Origin: Balanoglossus misakiensis
Taxonomy: Eukaryota > Animalia > Hemichordata
Assembly (NCBI GenBank): GCA_040954595.2
Contig: CM082593.2
Span: 7,662,043-7,726,042, forward strand
Direction: 5' to 3'
Length of the DNA: 64,000 nucleotides
Both the position numbers and the translations under genes were made by a program. Below, piece after piece: positions 1 to 13,918 of the stretch. The stretch's first letter is position 1; every line of letters begins with the position of its first letter. The notes below the pieces were generated by a model. That model had not been told where the DNA came from and did no database searches. It saw nothing but the letters and a program-made list of their open reading frames with translations.

Positions 1-3000
1 GAGGAATGCCTTCGGTGGGTAGATTGGTACGATTTATACCTTTCTTTCTCGTCTTCCCAAGCAGTTGTCGGCAAATCGTTCATATTTTTGTTCGGTTGGC
101 GTTCACTCAATGATGAATAGGCAGACGTGTTGTACTGTGGTCTACGACGCCGACTATAGTGCGGCGAAATAGCCTCGGTATCGGACATAGCGATGGATGT
201 ATCTTCGCCAATGATGGCGTCAATTTTGCCGTAATATTTGGGCATTTTCATAGCTTTCTTGGTCGGCTGGAATTGTGGTTTTCTGACGACTTCACCCGTT
301 GCGCGCGCTGGTGCCGGTACACCTTCGTTGCTGTAGTAACGATTGTTCTTGGGTGAATGTTTACGTCTGGTTTGATATCCCTCGGTATCACTATAGTAAC
401 TGGTGTTGGCGTGACCGTTGTAATAATGGCAGCTATCCACATCACTGTAATACTCGTTCCCGCGTGTGCTGTGAGGAGCGTACGTAACATTCCAGTTATC
501 CGTACCGACGCCCTTGTAGTTAGTAGGAGATACAAATTGTCGCTTGCTGCCATGGCGACCAGAATGGCCTCCAGTGCCGTTGAAATGGGGTGAGCTGCCG
601 TGGGGGCTTGTACGGCTAATATACCGCCGACATGGTTCTTCTGTGTCCGTGAAATACTTCTCTCCCTCAAAATTCTTCGAACCTGCCGTGCCGTTATATT
701 GCTGTATATTTGCCAGGCTAACTCTGTTATTTGGTGAAGTAATAATCGGCTGGTCTTCAGCGTCGCCGTAATATTGGTAGTCAGATCCGACGTGTCCTGA
801 AATGAGCACTGACTGTGGTAGCTCATCTCTTCGAGTGCGGCTCCTTGCGTGTGTGTTGAGCGGCAAACTGCCGTGCTGCCCCGACGAATTCAGGGCACTC
901 TTTCTAGATTTCGCCGGCGACCGCGAAAATCTCTGCCGCGTGTAATTCTGTGTGAACACTTCGCCATCGCTGAAATAAGCGGAGGTGTCGCCTCTAGATC
1001 GATGAGAACCAGTGCGAGATTTCATGTCCCTGCTTTTGGCGTCATATTCGAGGCGACCGTAGTACCCGGGCACTCGCGTCGGGCTTTTCATCGGCTGAAA
1101 CTGGGGCTCCCGAACGACATCCGCTTTTCGCACCGTCGATGTCGTTCGGGAGCTCTCGGTTGACGCGATCGACTCGACATCGCCCTCTTCCGGATTGCAA
1201 GAAAACAGATGAGCTTTGGTGAGCGGGTTGCGAATAACGACCGCTTTATGCACAGGTGACGTTTGCTTTGAAAATGGCCGCGGCGGGCGAGTGTAAGGAT
1301 CTGAGAACGCGCTCGTCGGTCTTCGCTGTTCTCGAGATTCTGATTCTTCGGATAATTTTCCATATACGTCTTCATATGTTGCACTTGGAAAGGGCGTCAC
1401 CGATTTTGTTTCAAACCCTTTATTCTTGTTACTGCTCACATGGTTTCTCCTCACACCGTACAAGTTTGGTTCGGACGGTTTCTGCTGACTCAGGTAAGAT
1501 GTAAAAGAGCTGGCTTTTGAGTCACTGTCGATGACGTCACTGGCGTCTGCTTCGTTCCGTTTGGTTTCCCCAAATACGAGCGAACTGACGTGCCTGACAA
1601 TATTATCGTTGTGGTCTGTCTTGTCCGGGGAACCGTCCCTGCCCGGTTCTGCTTCGATGTAAAACGAAGACAAGTCGTCGAATTTTTGTTGGATAGCTGC
1701 AATCTGTTCTTCGGTCATCACGTTTGTCGGTGCGCCGCCGCCATTTTCTTCTCTGGTTGGATCTTGCAGTTGGAACGTGAACGACGAACTGTGCTGGGGC
1801 CAGGCGGTTTTCTCTCCTTGTCCACTTCGCTCGTTTCGATTGAGAGTAATCATGACAGACGAGGTCGACCGCAGTGTTGATGACGATGACTGTATCTGTT
1901 GACCGGGAGAAGATTCTACGCGTTTGCTCTTTGTGACATCGGACCGAAAGTAATCTGTTCCCCTGCCCCTGGAAACAAATAAAAGGATAGACATGTTTTG
2001 TTTTGTTTTTCAGTTTTATCGAGGGTAGTATAATAATCTGGAACGTAAGTCCAGGAAAAGTAAGTATAACAGCGCCACCAAACAGGCTTTGGTCAAAATT
2101 CTAACTGCGGGATCGAATTCAAGGTAACGTTATCCGTCGTTTTATGGCAACTAATGGTGCATAATTTATGAAAGTACATGTATAATATATAAACATTAAA
2201 AAAGCTAATTTAGGCTATCTAAAGTAGTATTTAGCTTATTTTTTGCACAGCTTCGTAGCATTATTTTGCCGATGGTCCGTAACGTCCAAAAACCAAAACA
2301 CTGGTACATTATACAAGTAACGTGTTTAGTGTATGCATTTCACCTAGGTGTCGGATTTTTCTGTTTGACAAAGCATCTTGTGGGGCAAGTTGCCATTAGA
2401 AGACTTCAAACTGCGCATATGTACTTCGAATCAGAGGCTATTCATTCCTGTTGACTGTGAGACCAGCAATTCGACTACGCGACTGACAGTTGTCTTTGCT
2501 AATCTAATCTGAAAGGTCGAATTCTTCCTCGTGATGGAATAAACACATGGCGAACTGAAGGCTATCAACAGACCCTGTATATCTTGCCTTGCCTGGGTCG
2601 TTAAGTAGACTGAAAGATAATCCCGAGAGAGCAGTTTCATGTATCTTCGCCGGGCAAGGGATATTTATTCGGACAAGGTGACAATCCTCGTTCCTGGTTG
2701 GCACTCTTTGGGCGAGTTTGTGAAATGGTCTTGCAAAGACTTATTATTCACGATTTAATCACAGACAATGTGTTGAAACCCTTTCACGTCTGTCAACTCA
2801 ATTTTACTGGGTGGACCTATGTTTAGATGAAGTTAGAGAAAACGTATTTGGAAAAGTGAATTAAATTTTAAAGGGACAAAGTCGCCTACTGTTGACAAAG
2901 CTTTGGTACCGTTAAAAAAATTATCGACCTGTTCCTTTAAAACTAAATATATATTAGCATAAAATTAAAATCTTATTACCTCGTCAGAGTTAAACCCAGA

Positions 3001-5717
3001 TCAGTTGCATTTCGTATGAGGTTGCTGGCGTCATTCAAGGTCATGTCCACAGTTGACTGCCCGTTGATTTGAGTGATGACGTCATTCTCCTTGACGTCTG
3101 CTTCGGCGGCTTTGCCTGTTGATATCAACTGAAACGACCAAGTTAACGAGTAAAATTAGCGACAAACTTTATCTACAAGGAGCAAAGTTAGATGAGTTCT
3201 GAGGACGGCACTCTTGCACGGTAACCATGGTAACTGGCACAGTCTGCAACATCAGCTGCAGAATTTTGCAGATCTTATAACATAGCCTATCATTGAACAG
3301 AAGAGTAATTTACTTTTAAGAATACTGGTCAAGTTTACTTCCGATTTCAAACTTTATCTCAAACACTTTTAACGTTAAATGCTGAATTATGGCTTCCATA
3401 TAACAAGACGACGAAAAATCCCGTGGACTCTCGAAGAATATCTTTGACATTTGCAGAGTGGGGGATAATTCATAATGACATCACAAAAAACTGAACAATA
3501 TCTTGATTATATCGCATGTTTGACTACCGTTCTTTTCCCACGACCCACTTACTAGCCTTTGTTGTTTCTCAGTTTAAACTCTGTTGTATGACAAAAACAG
3601 TAAGCAATCTAACGTATACATTCTCTGTAAAATCTAAACTTTGCCACAGGGAATATCGATCTCTATTTGTCTCTTGTTTCTGTGGCAAATTTCTCATCTC
3701 ACTGGTTCTGCATGTCTCTGTGTTTCCCCTGTGCCTCAGCAAACTGTGGCCAGCCACAAGAACTGGATACACGACAACAACAGGGATGGGTGTGACTCCG
3801 AAAGTTTACAAGACAACAAACACTCCACCCCAAATGACCTCATGTCATAAATCGAAGAGATGAGGAGCCATCATTTGGTCGACAAGGAATTCTGTCCCCC
3901 AAAAAGCATTCTGCAGTGTCACTGACACTCTGATCTGGTTTAGTCAACTTACATATCGTATGATGCAGACAAATGTCATATTTCGTCTTGTAACAACAGG
4001 CTACACGAAATATGTGATCCCTTGTAAAATAGATGTCTCAGATGTCTACTCAAATTCGACTGGAAACTGTTATTAGTCGAGCAGATGGAATATCAAGACC
4101 TTATATCTGACTTCATACAGCTGTCAGTTGTCAAACTCATGGCAACTGCTTTAATTTTGTTATCAGCCACATAGCCCCCCCCCCCACTCGACAGTCAGTA
4201 ATCTCATAACACAGCTATACGTTCTTACGCGTCGGGTATTGCAAACTTTTTACGGCCGTTGGAAATTTGCTGAAAGGGGGGGGTAAGTTTGGGGTTACTG
4301 TGGTACACAGAAGGGCCGTATCTTTGGGTCTAACCGATAAATCTTCGAATTAACAATTAGTGTTATCATTGGAAACTGAATCAGGAAATCAGGAATGATC
4401 GGTTTGGTTCATGAGTTTCACTAGTCTGACAAACAATCTTGATCAATATTGAAGCAAGACACGAGTCAGTTGTTGTGTTGTTGTTGCTCTTGTTGTTGTT
4501 GTTGTTGTTGTTGTTGTTGGGAATTTGTCTATAATTCTCTACTGGTGGAGTTATCAGGCGACCCAAAGCCGTAAAAATACTCGACGTAAAAACGTCGAGT
4601 CATAAAATTGGCCTTATCGACGGACAAATCCGATGGACGTGTTAAATGTAACTGAATGACATGCCTAGGTTAGTGTAAGTATATCCAGTTACTAGCATAC
4701 TGACCACACATATGGGGTCATTGGGGTCAAGATGGCCAGCATGACAAATTTTGACAGGGAACACCTAATTGGGTGTGGGTCCAAAAGCCTGTATCGCCCC
4801 CTGCATTTGCCCAATGTTTCCCCGTGTTTCATGCAGAAAGCATATAATGATAATACAAGGCCTGGAGAATGTAAATTGTGAAACACTAATCTTTAAGAAT
4901 TTAGACGTATCGACTCTGTTAAACGATTCATTTGGGCGTCCACTATAAAGTAAGAGCTATTACAGTGATTTGTCAGATGTTTCCAATCTGGCCCATGTTG
5001 TCATAAAACGATCATTATTCTCTCGTTACCATGGTGAAATCGTGCCATGCGATTGTGATAAACATTGCAGTAAGAACGTGAAGTTAGGCTGATCAGAGAA
5101 GAAACGTGTTGTGGAACGGCAAGTGGCGTTTGATGAATGATCAACACGTAAATTAAAACAAGATTGCACTGGACTCCCGGCGAGAGAAAGTTTGTGTTTT
5201 AAACGACCTTGTTGGATCTCCTATCGAACTTTTAAAGGCACGAGACGTTTGTTAGTATGTTGCATTGTTTTCCAAATCGCGTTCACATAACCCCGTGCGG
5301 TATACATGTAATATCAACCAGCGTGGGTTTCCATTGTTCGGACATTGGGGTTCGAATTGATGTAATCCATGCCCGAGTGTAGTCGTTGACTGCACTCACT
5401 GGTCGGCCGCTATAAAATCCATTTTTAAGACGAAAGAACATGAAAGCTGATACAACAAACAAAAATCTTGTTTTTGTGCAAGTTTTCGTTAACTTATATT
5501 ATACTTCAAGTGTTGAATCTTAACTTTCTTTGACTCTGACGCAGGGGAGTACTTCCATCTTTTGGACACTTTCTCGAAAGCTGAAGACGCGTTTGCGCAA
5601 ATGATCAAAATAGACCCTTACCCTACAGACGCTGAGAGGCGCTCCCTGGTCGACGCCGCCGGTTACACGAAACCCCCACGGCCCTGGACCTGTCAGTTTC
5701 ACCCGCAACTCCATCAT
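1..5717 (-). CDS. PDZ protein of the ALP/Enigma (Zasp/PDLIM) family, paralog A; 3' end lies beyond the left window edge
   Basis: Exon 5717-5622 (MMELRVKLTGPGPWGFRVTGGVDQGAPLSVCR, donor GTAAGG). Exon 3128-2980 (LISTGKAAEADVKENDVITQINGQSTVDMTLNDASNLIRNATDLGLTLTR, tttcag acceptor, GTAATA donor). Exon 1968-<1 (ttccag acceptor, frame open to the edge, low-complexity S/R/Y/G-rich). PWGFR-x-x-GG and the phase-0/phase-2 split of the PDZ are typical of PDLIM genes. Confidence 0.85.
4468..4519. repeat. (GTT)n microsatellite
   Basis: Read directly. Confidence 0.9.
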
Positions 5718-6663
5718 GGTATCCTCTGTGATCTTTGTCGTGGCACACAGGTGAGCGACAGAGGGGACAGTCGGCGATTTTGCGAGCGAAAGCCTGTAGA
5801 GGGAGATGGGAGGGAGATTAACGCGTGAATAACAGACGGGCGTAAACACGCATGCGCACCTCATACTGATATACTAGTTACTTCTTCTGTGGCAACTGTT
5901 TCAAACGTCAGGAATAAAGATTCCTGGTCATGATCATTGTACGTTTAAATCTCTTCGTTGTTGCGGTCGTTGGGATTTTGGCGACCAGTCCATTGTGACA
6001 ATTTCAAAGTCACTAATCGACCGTGCTAATTGGACATGTCCACAGCTTTTAAAAAGACTATTGCTTCTAACGCTTCTGTAACAGTTCTGTCGCCTTTAAC
6101 ACAGTATAGCAGCCCTATTTTAGGACATGTACTCAAACTTCACACATTGCTGTACTAAACATTACCTCTCAGACTCAGCTTTTATGAAATATGTGTAATG
6201 ACCCCAGGCTAATACTCCTAAGGGCTGTAACAGCTGGCTATATGCACACCCAAAACCGAAATACAACCCCAGCTGAAGTTTTAGCCAGTTGAAGGGCAGA
6301 CGATACAAATTGTAATTTTACACCAGATTAGAGAATACCGCATATCGGTAAATAAATATCACATGACGTTCAATCAACACGATTGATTGTCATCTGTATA
6401 TAATCATTCATAATATTTATTGTTCAGATGACGTCCCTTTTCAGCCAAATTGTTAATATGAGACCGTTCTCTACGTTCTGTATTCTCCAATCCCATTTCA
6501 GTATGCAAGCCAGCTATGGATGACTGTGTTTTGTTTGTGTAGTTCGTCACAAGATATAAAAAGGGAGAAAAATAAAAGAGTCATCGAAACGGCAAATTAA
6601 ATCACGCAGCTTTGTAGTTACAATTAGTTTACATTTGGACATTAAACATTCAATCGTGCCTTG

Positions 6664-6789
6664 TTAAAGGGACAAAGTCTCTCTCTCGCTGCCCTTTTCC
6701 CATTAATTATGTTTGACACAAGACACTGTTTATGTTAATGTACATGTGGATATATAGTGGGCAGCGAGAGAGAGACTTTGTCCCTTTAA
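6664..6789. mobile_element. TTAA-flanked MITE family A (Kolobok-like), internally deleted copy
   Basis: TTAA-AGGGACAAAGTCTCTCTCTCGCTGCCC ... GGGCAGCGAGAGAGAGACTTTGTCCCT-TTAA. Confidence 0.85.
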
Positions 6790-9709
6790 ACCCCTCTCTG
6801 TGAACTACAGAGCTGGCGTAATTTGGGGATGTGAAGTGAAAATGTGCGACATGTCTTGTTTGTGAACCTGTCGCCAGCGTTGTCTCCAAAGTTGAGGAAG
6901 ACCGCGCCAACTAATACCTTTATATCACCATAACACTGCAGTCTGCAGTGTGAGAGAAAGCAATTAAGAACACTATTGTTTGCGATGTTGTATGGCCTGC
7001 CCTGTAACAGTTATACCCGTCGCACCTGCTTTGACTTGCATTACTAGCAACAGCCGTGTCAGTCTTGTAACAGAGACTCTGTGCGGCGCAGTCGCAGACG
7101 GGACTATCGCCCAACTGGTAAGAATTCGCGCTCGTATCAAATTTGACCATGCAGAGAGAGTGGGATTTGGACAGAAACATTTAAAAGCATCATTTTCTTT
7201 TCAAACATATGCGGTTTTGGACCAAGGGACAGAGAGAAACGTCTTACAACCAGCTGTTGAGGCGGCCAGTCTGTTCTGAATCCAGTGACGTCTGCGTCAG
7301 GTGCACTGTATTTCTTCAGTCTTTTGTGGGTGACTGGACCCATGAGTTAAACATTATAGCCACACGTGTTCATTTTATTGGCATTATTGATAACCATGTT
7401 ACCATTGCACTTGTTAATATTACATTTGACCCACATCAGTCTCGTAATATTGTGTCTGATTACCGTCATGGGTTGGCATATTTCTTTGTTAGACCCATGG
7501 AGGTACTAGTACCTCCATGGTTAGACCGCTCTGCAAATCTTTGCAACAAGTGCTTAGGGGCATAAGGAATATGATAATATCATACAGTCAGTTTGAATAT
7601 ATTACATGGACTCTCAAAATCTGGTGGCGCTATATATTTCTGCTTGAGCCACATTTGTTATCATAAATGTTCTGCAGACTTGCATTTCAACATTTTAGCT
7701 CAAATACGGATCCTAAAATACGTCTTGTTATCATATTGACTGATTTTCAAGAAATAGCGCGGATTTGCGCACGACAATCGAAATAAAGCTTCCTGCCCCC
7801 CACGGAGGACTCGGAATTTCATCAATCAATATTCGTATGTGTGATCGTCCTGTCTCCTGATCGAAATATCTTTACCTTTTCAAGGAATGCAAATAATCAA
7901 GTACATAAAACGAACGAGGTTTTTTATGAGAGAGGCCACGTGTATGAACTCGACACCGTCACACTTGGAGTGTATCTGAGCATGGGTGCACGTGCCGTGT
8001 TATGGTCCATCTATAATCTGAGTGACTACAACAGCTCCTTCGTCATCTAAACCCCCGGTGATGGCACTGGGTCTAAAACACACCCGTCACGTCACCGTGG
8101 GCTAAGAAGACCTACATGCACTCTGTGACGTACAGTAGCCGCGGCCAACGCGTTACGCCACAATTCGGAGGAAACAGTGGCCATGCCCAAATGCTTGAAC
8201 GTCTCAGTCCGGCTATAGTTCACGTCTGTGTGGATATAACAGGTGCCTCTGCTTGAAATCCCTGGAGAGCACAATACGTAACTCGAAGGGAATACAATGA
8301 ATGGGTAAATAGGTCTTAACTCTTTTAGTATTATGCGCAGGCCTTGAATTTCCGTGCAAATATAAAACAACGAAGCTAATCGGGAGTAAAGGAGTTTGTT
8401 CAGCTTATTGCCAAACTGAATATAGCGCCACACCTATCTTTATTTGAAATGTAATAAAACCGCAATGCCACAGGTCCTTCACAACTTAGAAAGTAACTGT
8501 TTGTCCATTATCACCTTAGAAGCGCGCCGTTCTGAAATGGAACGGTTTCTGTGATGAGGTTAGCTGCACGGAGATAGAAATAACATTACACGTCACGCAG
8601 TCCATGAAGTAGAGTGCTTCAGCTCCAAAGGTCAGAATTCCGTAAGCTTCACTCAGTGATTAACGGCGTGCATCCGTCTTTGGTTCTTACCGTAATCTCT
8701 ATTGTGTGCTTGGACAGTTTAATGAATTCAAATGCAAATCTCTAAGTCTGACACCTGTAACTGGTGACTACCTCTATACACGGTGCATTCTATCGCAGTC
8801 CCTCTACTAAGAATGAAAAACACTTCTGAATGTTTTTCGCTGAATTTGAAATCACGGGAACTCTTGAAATCAGTTCTCCGTCTTGTTAGGGAGAAACTCG
8901 TGTGTTTGGTCCGTGTTTAGCCGCGAGTCAAATACAGTGTAAACATATATACATGTACACACGGCTTGCTGGCGTGTTGATAAAACCCCACGAGTGACTA
9001 CGTAATTCAGAGACGTGTGTGCTTACCTCCAGGCAGATTTCGGTCGCTTGTTCGTCTCCTTCGCCTATAATGAAGATAATATATACGAATCGTGGAGCTG
9101 AGCAGTGAAGCTAAGATTGGATGCGCGTAGACTGTGACAACAGTTGGTTTCTGTGGCGTCGGTCAGCTGCCGATTTCTCGGACAACCTCCAGCAGTGCCG
9201 CCATGAGACGGTTCTTGATGGACACCACTATCGATTAGACGATAAAGACACTTGTAAACGCGCTGTCTTTCTTGCCGCGTAACCACCTGTCGCGCTCTAG
9301 GAATAGCGCCACCACTGTTGGCCATTTTAGTGACTTAAAGGTATACGGTCACCCATGGCAAATTGAGATCCAGCCAATCACAGATTTTCAGTGGGTGGCA
9401 CACGAGAAAAAAGAGCACCACATATCTTCTATAGAACTCTCAGATACACGATTTTTGCCATTTATGGACACATGGAAATGGGAGGTGACCTTGTGATTTT
9501 AATAGGCCTACGCAAACACACGGTCGTTCACTCGAAACCTACTTCTGGTATAAACTCGAATTATGCAGGTCCAGATCTAGAAAAAGTGGTGAGATCGACA
9601 TTTCCCGGCGGAGTGACCGTGTTTCAACTGGTGCTCACGGTACTAGTAACGGCTGGGTCACCAGTGGGGTTACCAGAGAGCATGTCTCCCCACAGGGAAT
9701 AGAGGAATC

Positions 9710-9777
9710 GTGTTGTTGTGTTGTTTTTGTTGTTGTTGTTGTTGATGATGATGATGATGATGATGATGATAATAATA
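9710..9777. repeat. Compound (GTT)n(GAT)n(AAT)n microsatellite
   Basis: Read directly. Confidence 0.9.
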
Positions 9778-9918
9778 AAAACGTTTTAAAAAAAAATCAA
9801 TGTGTCATTTCCTGCTATTGTTTGTCGATGTTGTAGATAACTGTAAAAGAACACCGTAATCGTGGAAAACACGACCTAGGTCGCAAAACGTCACTACCGT
9901 CTTATATACAGGCTGTAG

Positions 9919-11467
9919 TTTGGAAGGATTTTCTTAACTGTGGCTAATTTATAAATTTAGAACGATATTTAGAAAGTGATAATTATCGTAAATATCCGAT
10001 ATATCGTCGGTAGAAAAATCTAATTTGGAAGGACTTTCTTAACTGTAGCTAATTTATAAATTTAGAACGATATTTAGAAAGTGATAATTATCGTAAATAT
10101 CCGATATATCGTCGGTAGAAATTTTAGTTTGGAAGGACTTTCTTAACTGTAGCTAATTTATAAATTTAGAACGATATTTAGAAAGTGATAATTATCGTAA
10201 ATATCCGATATATCGTCGGTAGAAATTTTAGTTTGGAAGGACTTTCTTAACTGTAGCTAATTTATAAATTTAGAACGATATTTAGAAAGTGATAATTATC
10301 GTAAATATCCGATATATCGTCGGTAGAAATTTTAGTTTGGAAGGACTTTCTTAACTGTAGCTAATTTATAAATTTAGAACGATATTTAGAAAGTGATAAT
10401 TATCGTAAATATCCGATATATCGCCGGTAGAAAAATCTAATTTGGAAGGACTTTCTTAACTGTAGCTAATTTATAAATTTAGAACGATTTTTAGAAAGTG
10501 ATAATTATCGTAAATATCCGATATATCGTCGGTAGAAAAATTTAATTTGGAAGGACTTTCTTAACTGTAGCTAATTTATAAATTTAGAACGATATTTAGA
10601 AAGTGATAATTATCGTAAATATCCGATATATCGCCGGTAGAAAAATCTAATTTGGAAGGACTTTCTTAACTGTAGCTAATTTATAAATTTAGAACGATAT
10701 TTAGAAAGTGATAATTATCGTAAATATCCGATATATCGTCGGTAGAAAAATTTAATTTGGAAGGACTTTCTTAACTGTAGCTAATTTATAAATTTAGAAC
10801 GATTTTTAGAAAGTGATAATTATCGTAAATATCCGATATATCGTCGGTAGAAATTTTAGTTTGGAAGGACTTTCTTAACTGTAGCTAATTTATAAATTTA
10901 GAACGATATTTAGAAAGTGATAATTATCGTAAATATCCGATATATCGTCGGTAGAAATTTTAGTTTGGAAGGACTTTCTTAACTGTAGCTAATTTATAAA
11001 TTTAGAACGATATTTAGAAAGTGATAATTATCGTAAATATCCGATATATCGTCGGTAGAAAATTTTAATTTGGAAGGACTTTCTTAACTGTAGCTAATTT
11101 ATAAATTTAGAACGATTTTTAGAAAGTGATAATTATCGTAAATATCCGATATATCGTCGGTAGAAATTTTAGTTTGGAAGGACTTTCTTAACTGTAGCTA
11201 ATTTATAAATTTAGAACGATATTTAGAAAGTGATAATTATCGTAAATATCCGATATATCGTCGGTAGAAATTTTAGTTTGGAAGGACTTTCTTAACTGTA
11301 GCTAATTTATGAATTTAGAACGATATTTAGAAAGTGATAATTATCGTAAATATCCGATATATCGTCGGTAGAAAATTTTAATTTGGAAGGACTTTCTTAA
11401 CTGTAGCTAATTTCTAAATTTAGAACGATTTTTAGAAAACAATAATTATCGTAAATATCCGATATAT
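9919..11467. repeat. Tandem satellite/minisatellite, 15 copies of a 104/105-bp AT-rich unit
   Basis: Unit TTTGGAAGGACTTTCTTAACTGTAGCTAATTTATAAATTTAGAACGATATTTAGAAAGTGATAATTATCGTAAATATCCGATATATCGTCGGTAGAAATTTTAG starts at 9919, 10024, 10128 ... 11382. Copies are near-identical and the last one is degenerate. Confidence 0.97.
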
Positions 11468-13918
11468 GTTGGTAATGTGTAGAGTATGATATTAAAACAA
11501 TGTTTCCATTGCACATCTGACTTTCATGTAGCCTTGGGAATAGTAATAGGCTACCGACCAGCAGTACTACCAACAGAACATAAAATCAACTTCTATTTGA
11601 TGGGATTCCAACTCACACTTATCTTTTTTAACCCAGTAAATTTCTTACCTGGAATGATAATCACAAAGTTTGTTTATTGATAAATGGGATTTGTTTTATT
11701 ACATGTTACCTTTGAAAACCCCTTACACTGACTGATAAAATAATATCACCTATACAATTGTGATATTTAATTGGAATGTACTTATGCACAACACTACACG
11801 TTGTTGTACTTACCTAGAACATATTCAGAAACAAACAATATTGCCTGGTAATAGTATGTTCACGAAAAGAATAGTCACAGCTTAGCACTGTATGGTATAA
11901 TACAGACAATGTAATAGTCACAGAAGGTTCCAAAATATAACAAAATGACATGAAACCCTACCTTTGACAATATTAAACTACTAGGATCTAAATATAAACA
12001 AAACTGATACTGCCGGCACAAGGAACACATTTTTCTCTTGATAGTTCTGTTTGGATCATGTGTACAGCTAAATGTCCATATTTTTGAAATTTACTTTATA
12101 AAATTAACTTGTACAGTAAAATGTTTATAAACAACTATGCATTTCCACACTAAAGAGACAGTAAACATCTGACTTACAAGTCGTTCATCTGTCATAAAGT
12201 CTGTGGGTATTTAAAAGGTTACATACAACACATTTGCTAGCAAGTCAAAGTACAAGGCGCAAAGTGTAAATGCTACAATGTACATCATTGGAAACTACAT
12301 GTATGATTATGGTTGTTTCTTTGTATTACATTACATCATAGGCAACAATACATTATTACTTTTTGTCACATTTCCAATTTACTTTGATATGACAAGTATC
12401 TGTAGGTAGGCTCTCCCTGAACAATGGGACTAATACCAATGGATTGTTTGTAAACAGAAAAGTTGCATGTGTGCAGTTTAGATGACCTTCCCTTTGTAAG
12501 TACAGCATCTTTTTTTATCAACTACACACTTAAGTCCTCAAAAATAATGACATATTTAATCATATGATTATTAACTCAAAGCCGGAAAGAACTTGTAAAA
12601 GGCAAAACCAAATTATGTGAATAAACTTTAAAAATGGAAAAAGTCAGATATAGTTGACTTAACTTTTCAACTGTTGCAGCAAATTGGCATACATTTATTC
12701 GCTACAAGAAAAGTGATATAGAATTCAGTATAGATTTTTGTACCCTCATAACTTATTGAACACTCGTACATAGTTGATAGCATTGTCGTTCACTTGGCTT
12801 AAGAACAAGACTGAATTTTTATAAAATAATTACAAAAATGTGTCAACTTTTTGAATTGAACATTAAGCCATAACCTGTACAAAAATTTGAAAATGACATA
12901 TAATATTATATTTGACAACTTGTGCAGATGTATTCACATATTTAAAAAGTGAAACAAATGAACACGAAATGGCTATGAAACACTTTGTGGTTTTCCTGGT
13001 ATCAGACCCATTGCAAGCAGTGTTATCCCGAGAATTACTAAAGAGTATCTGCTGACACCGTTTAATTTGGGGAAAAGATAATGATAAACTATATTGTTGT
13101 GCAAATTAGCCGATAACATATTAGAAATTCCTGGGGAGAACACTGCACTGTAAGTCATCTGAAATTTATATGATACATATATATTGAATATGACACTAAA
13201 CGTGAATTCTCTCAATTTGCTTTCACAGAGATGTAAAATAAGTTCTAAATAACCATCCATGGTAGTGAGTTTTCAGCTTGAAGGTTGTGATATGGCCAGT
13301 TACATACTCTGAATTGAAAAACACTAAAGTTACTTGCAATAAATTATCACAAGCTAGCCAACAGCTGCTGTGATACCCACTTCACAAATCTTGGAAATTG
13401 TTTGTAAACTGTTTATAGGCAATTGTTCATAAGTCAAACAAGATAAAATATCCTAAAATACACAATTTCCAATTTTGTCAATTTAAACAAACCAGCATAA
13501 GTATATCACAGGCATTGTTTGATTGACAGATGACAACAATTGCCTATCTGCTAAACTCTGCATCATTGACAGCAGAGCTAATCAAACTGGGTGGTGGGGG
13601 GGGGGGGGGGGAGATAATCATATAATTGGTAGCAATGGCAGCCTCCACTTCTTGTAGCTGTTATATTTTTATGTACTTTTGTCAGCTAATAACAATCCAC
13701 TCAGTGTTGGCCTACTCAAAATGTTTGAGTTATATGTTACTGCATGAGCACATCATCTTAGACATGATTCGAGATATGTAAAAAGTTGCACCAATGACAA
13801 AAGCATGGTTATCCTATTTGAACAAAATTGATTCTGCAGATGATGAGTCCTTCTGACATATGAGTGCAGTGTTACCTCAACAAAAATGGAGTATCAATAC
13901 AATTTCTACTTCATTAAC

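Noticed and set aside
248-1880. Overlapping ORFs of 62-192 aa in the ORF track
   Set aside because: They are shadow frames of the long minus-strand exon of paralog A.
9919-11467. Regular array resembling CRISPR
   Set aside because: The whole unit is repeated with no unique spacers, there are no cas genes, and the context is eukaryotic.
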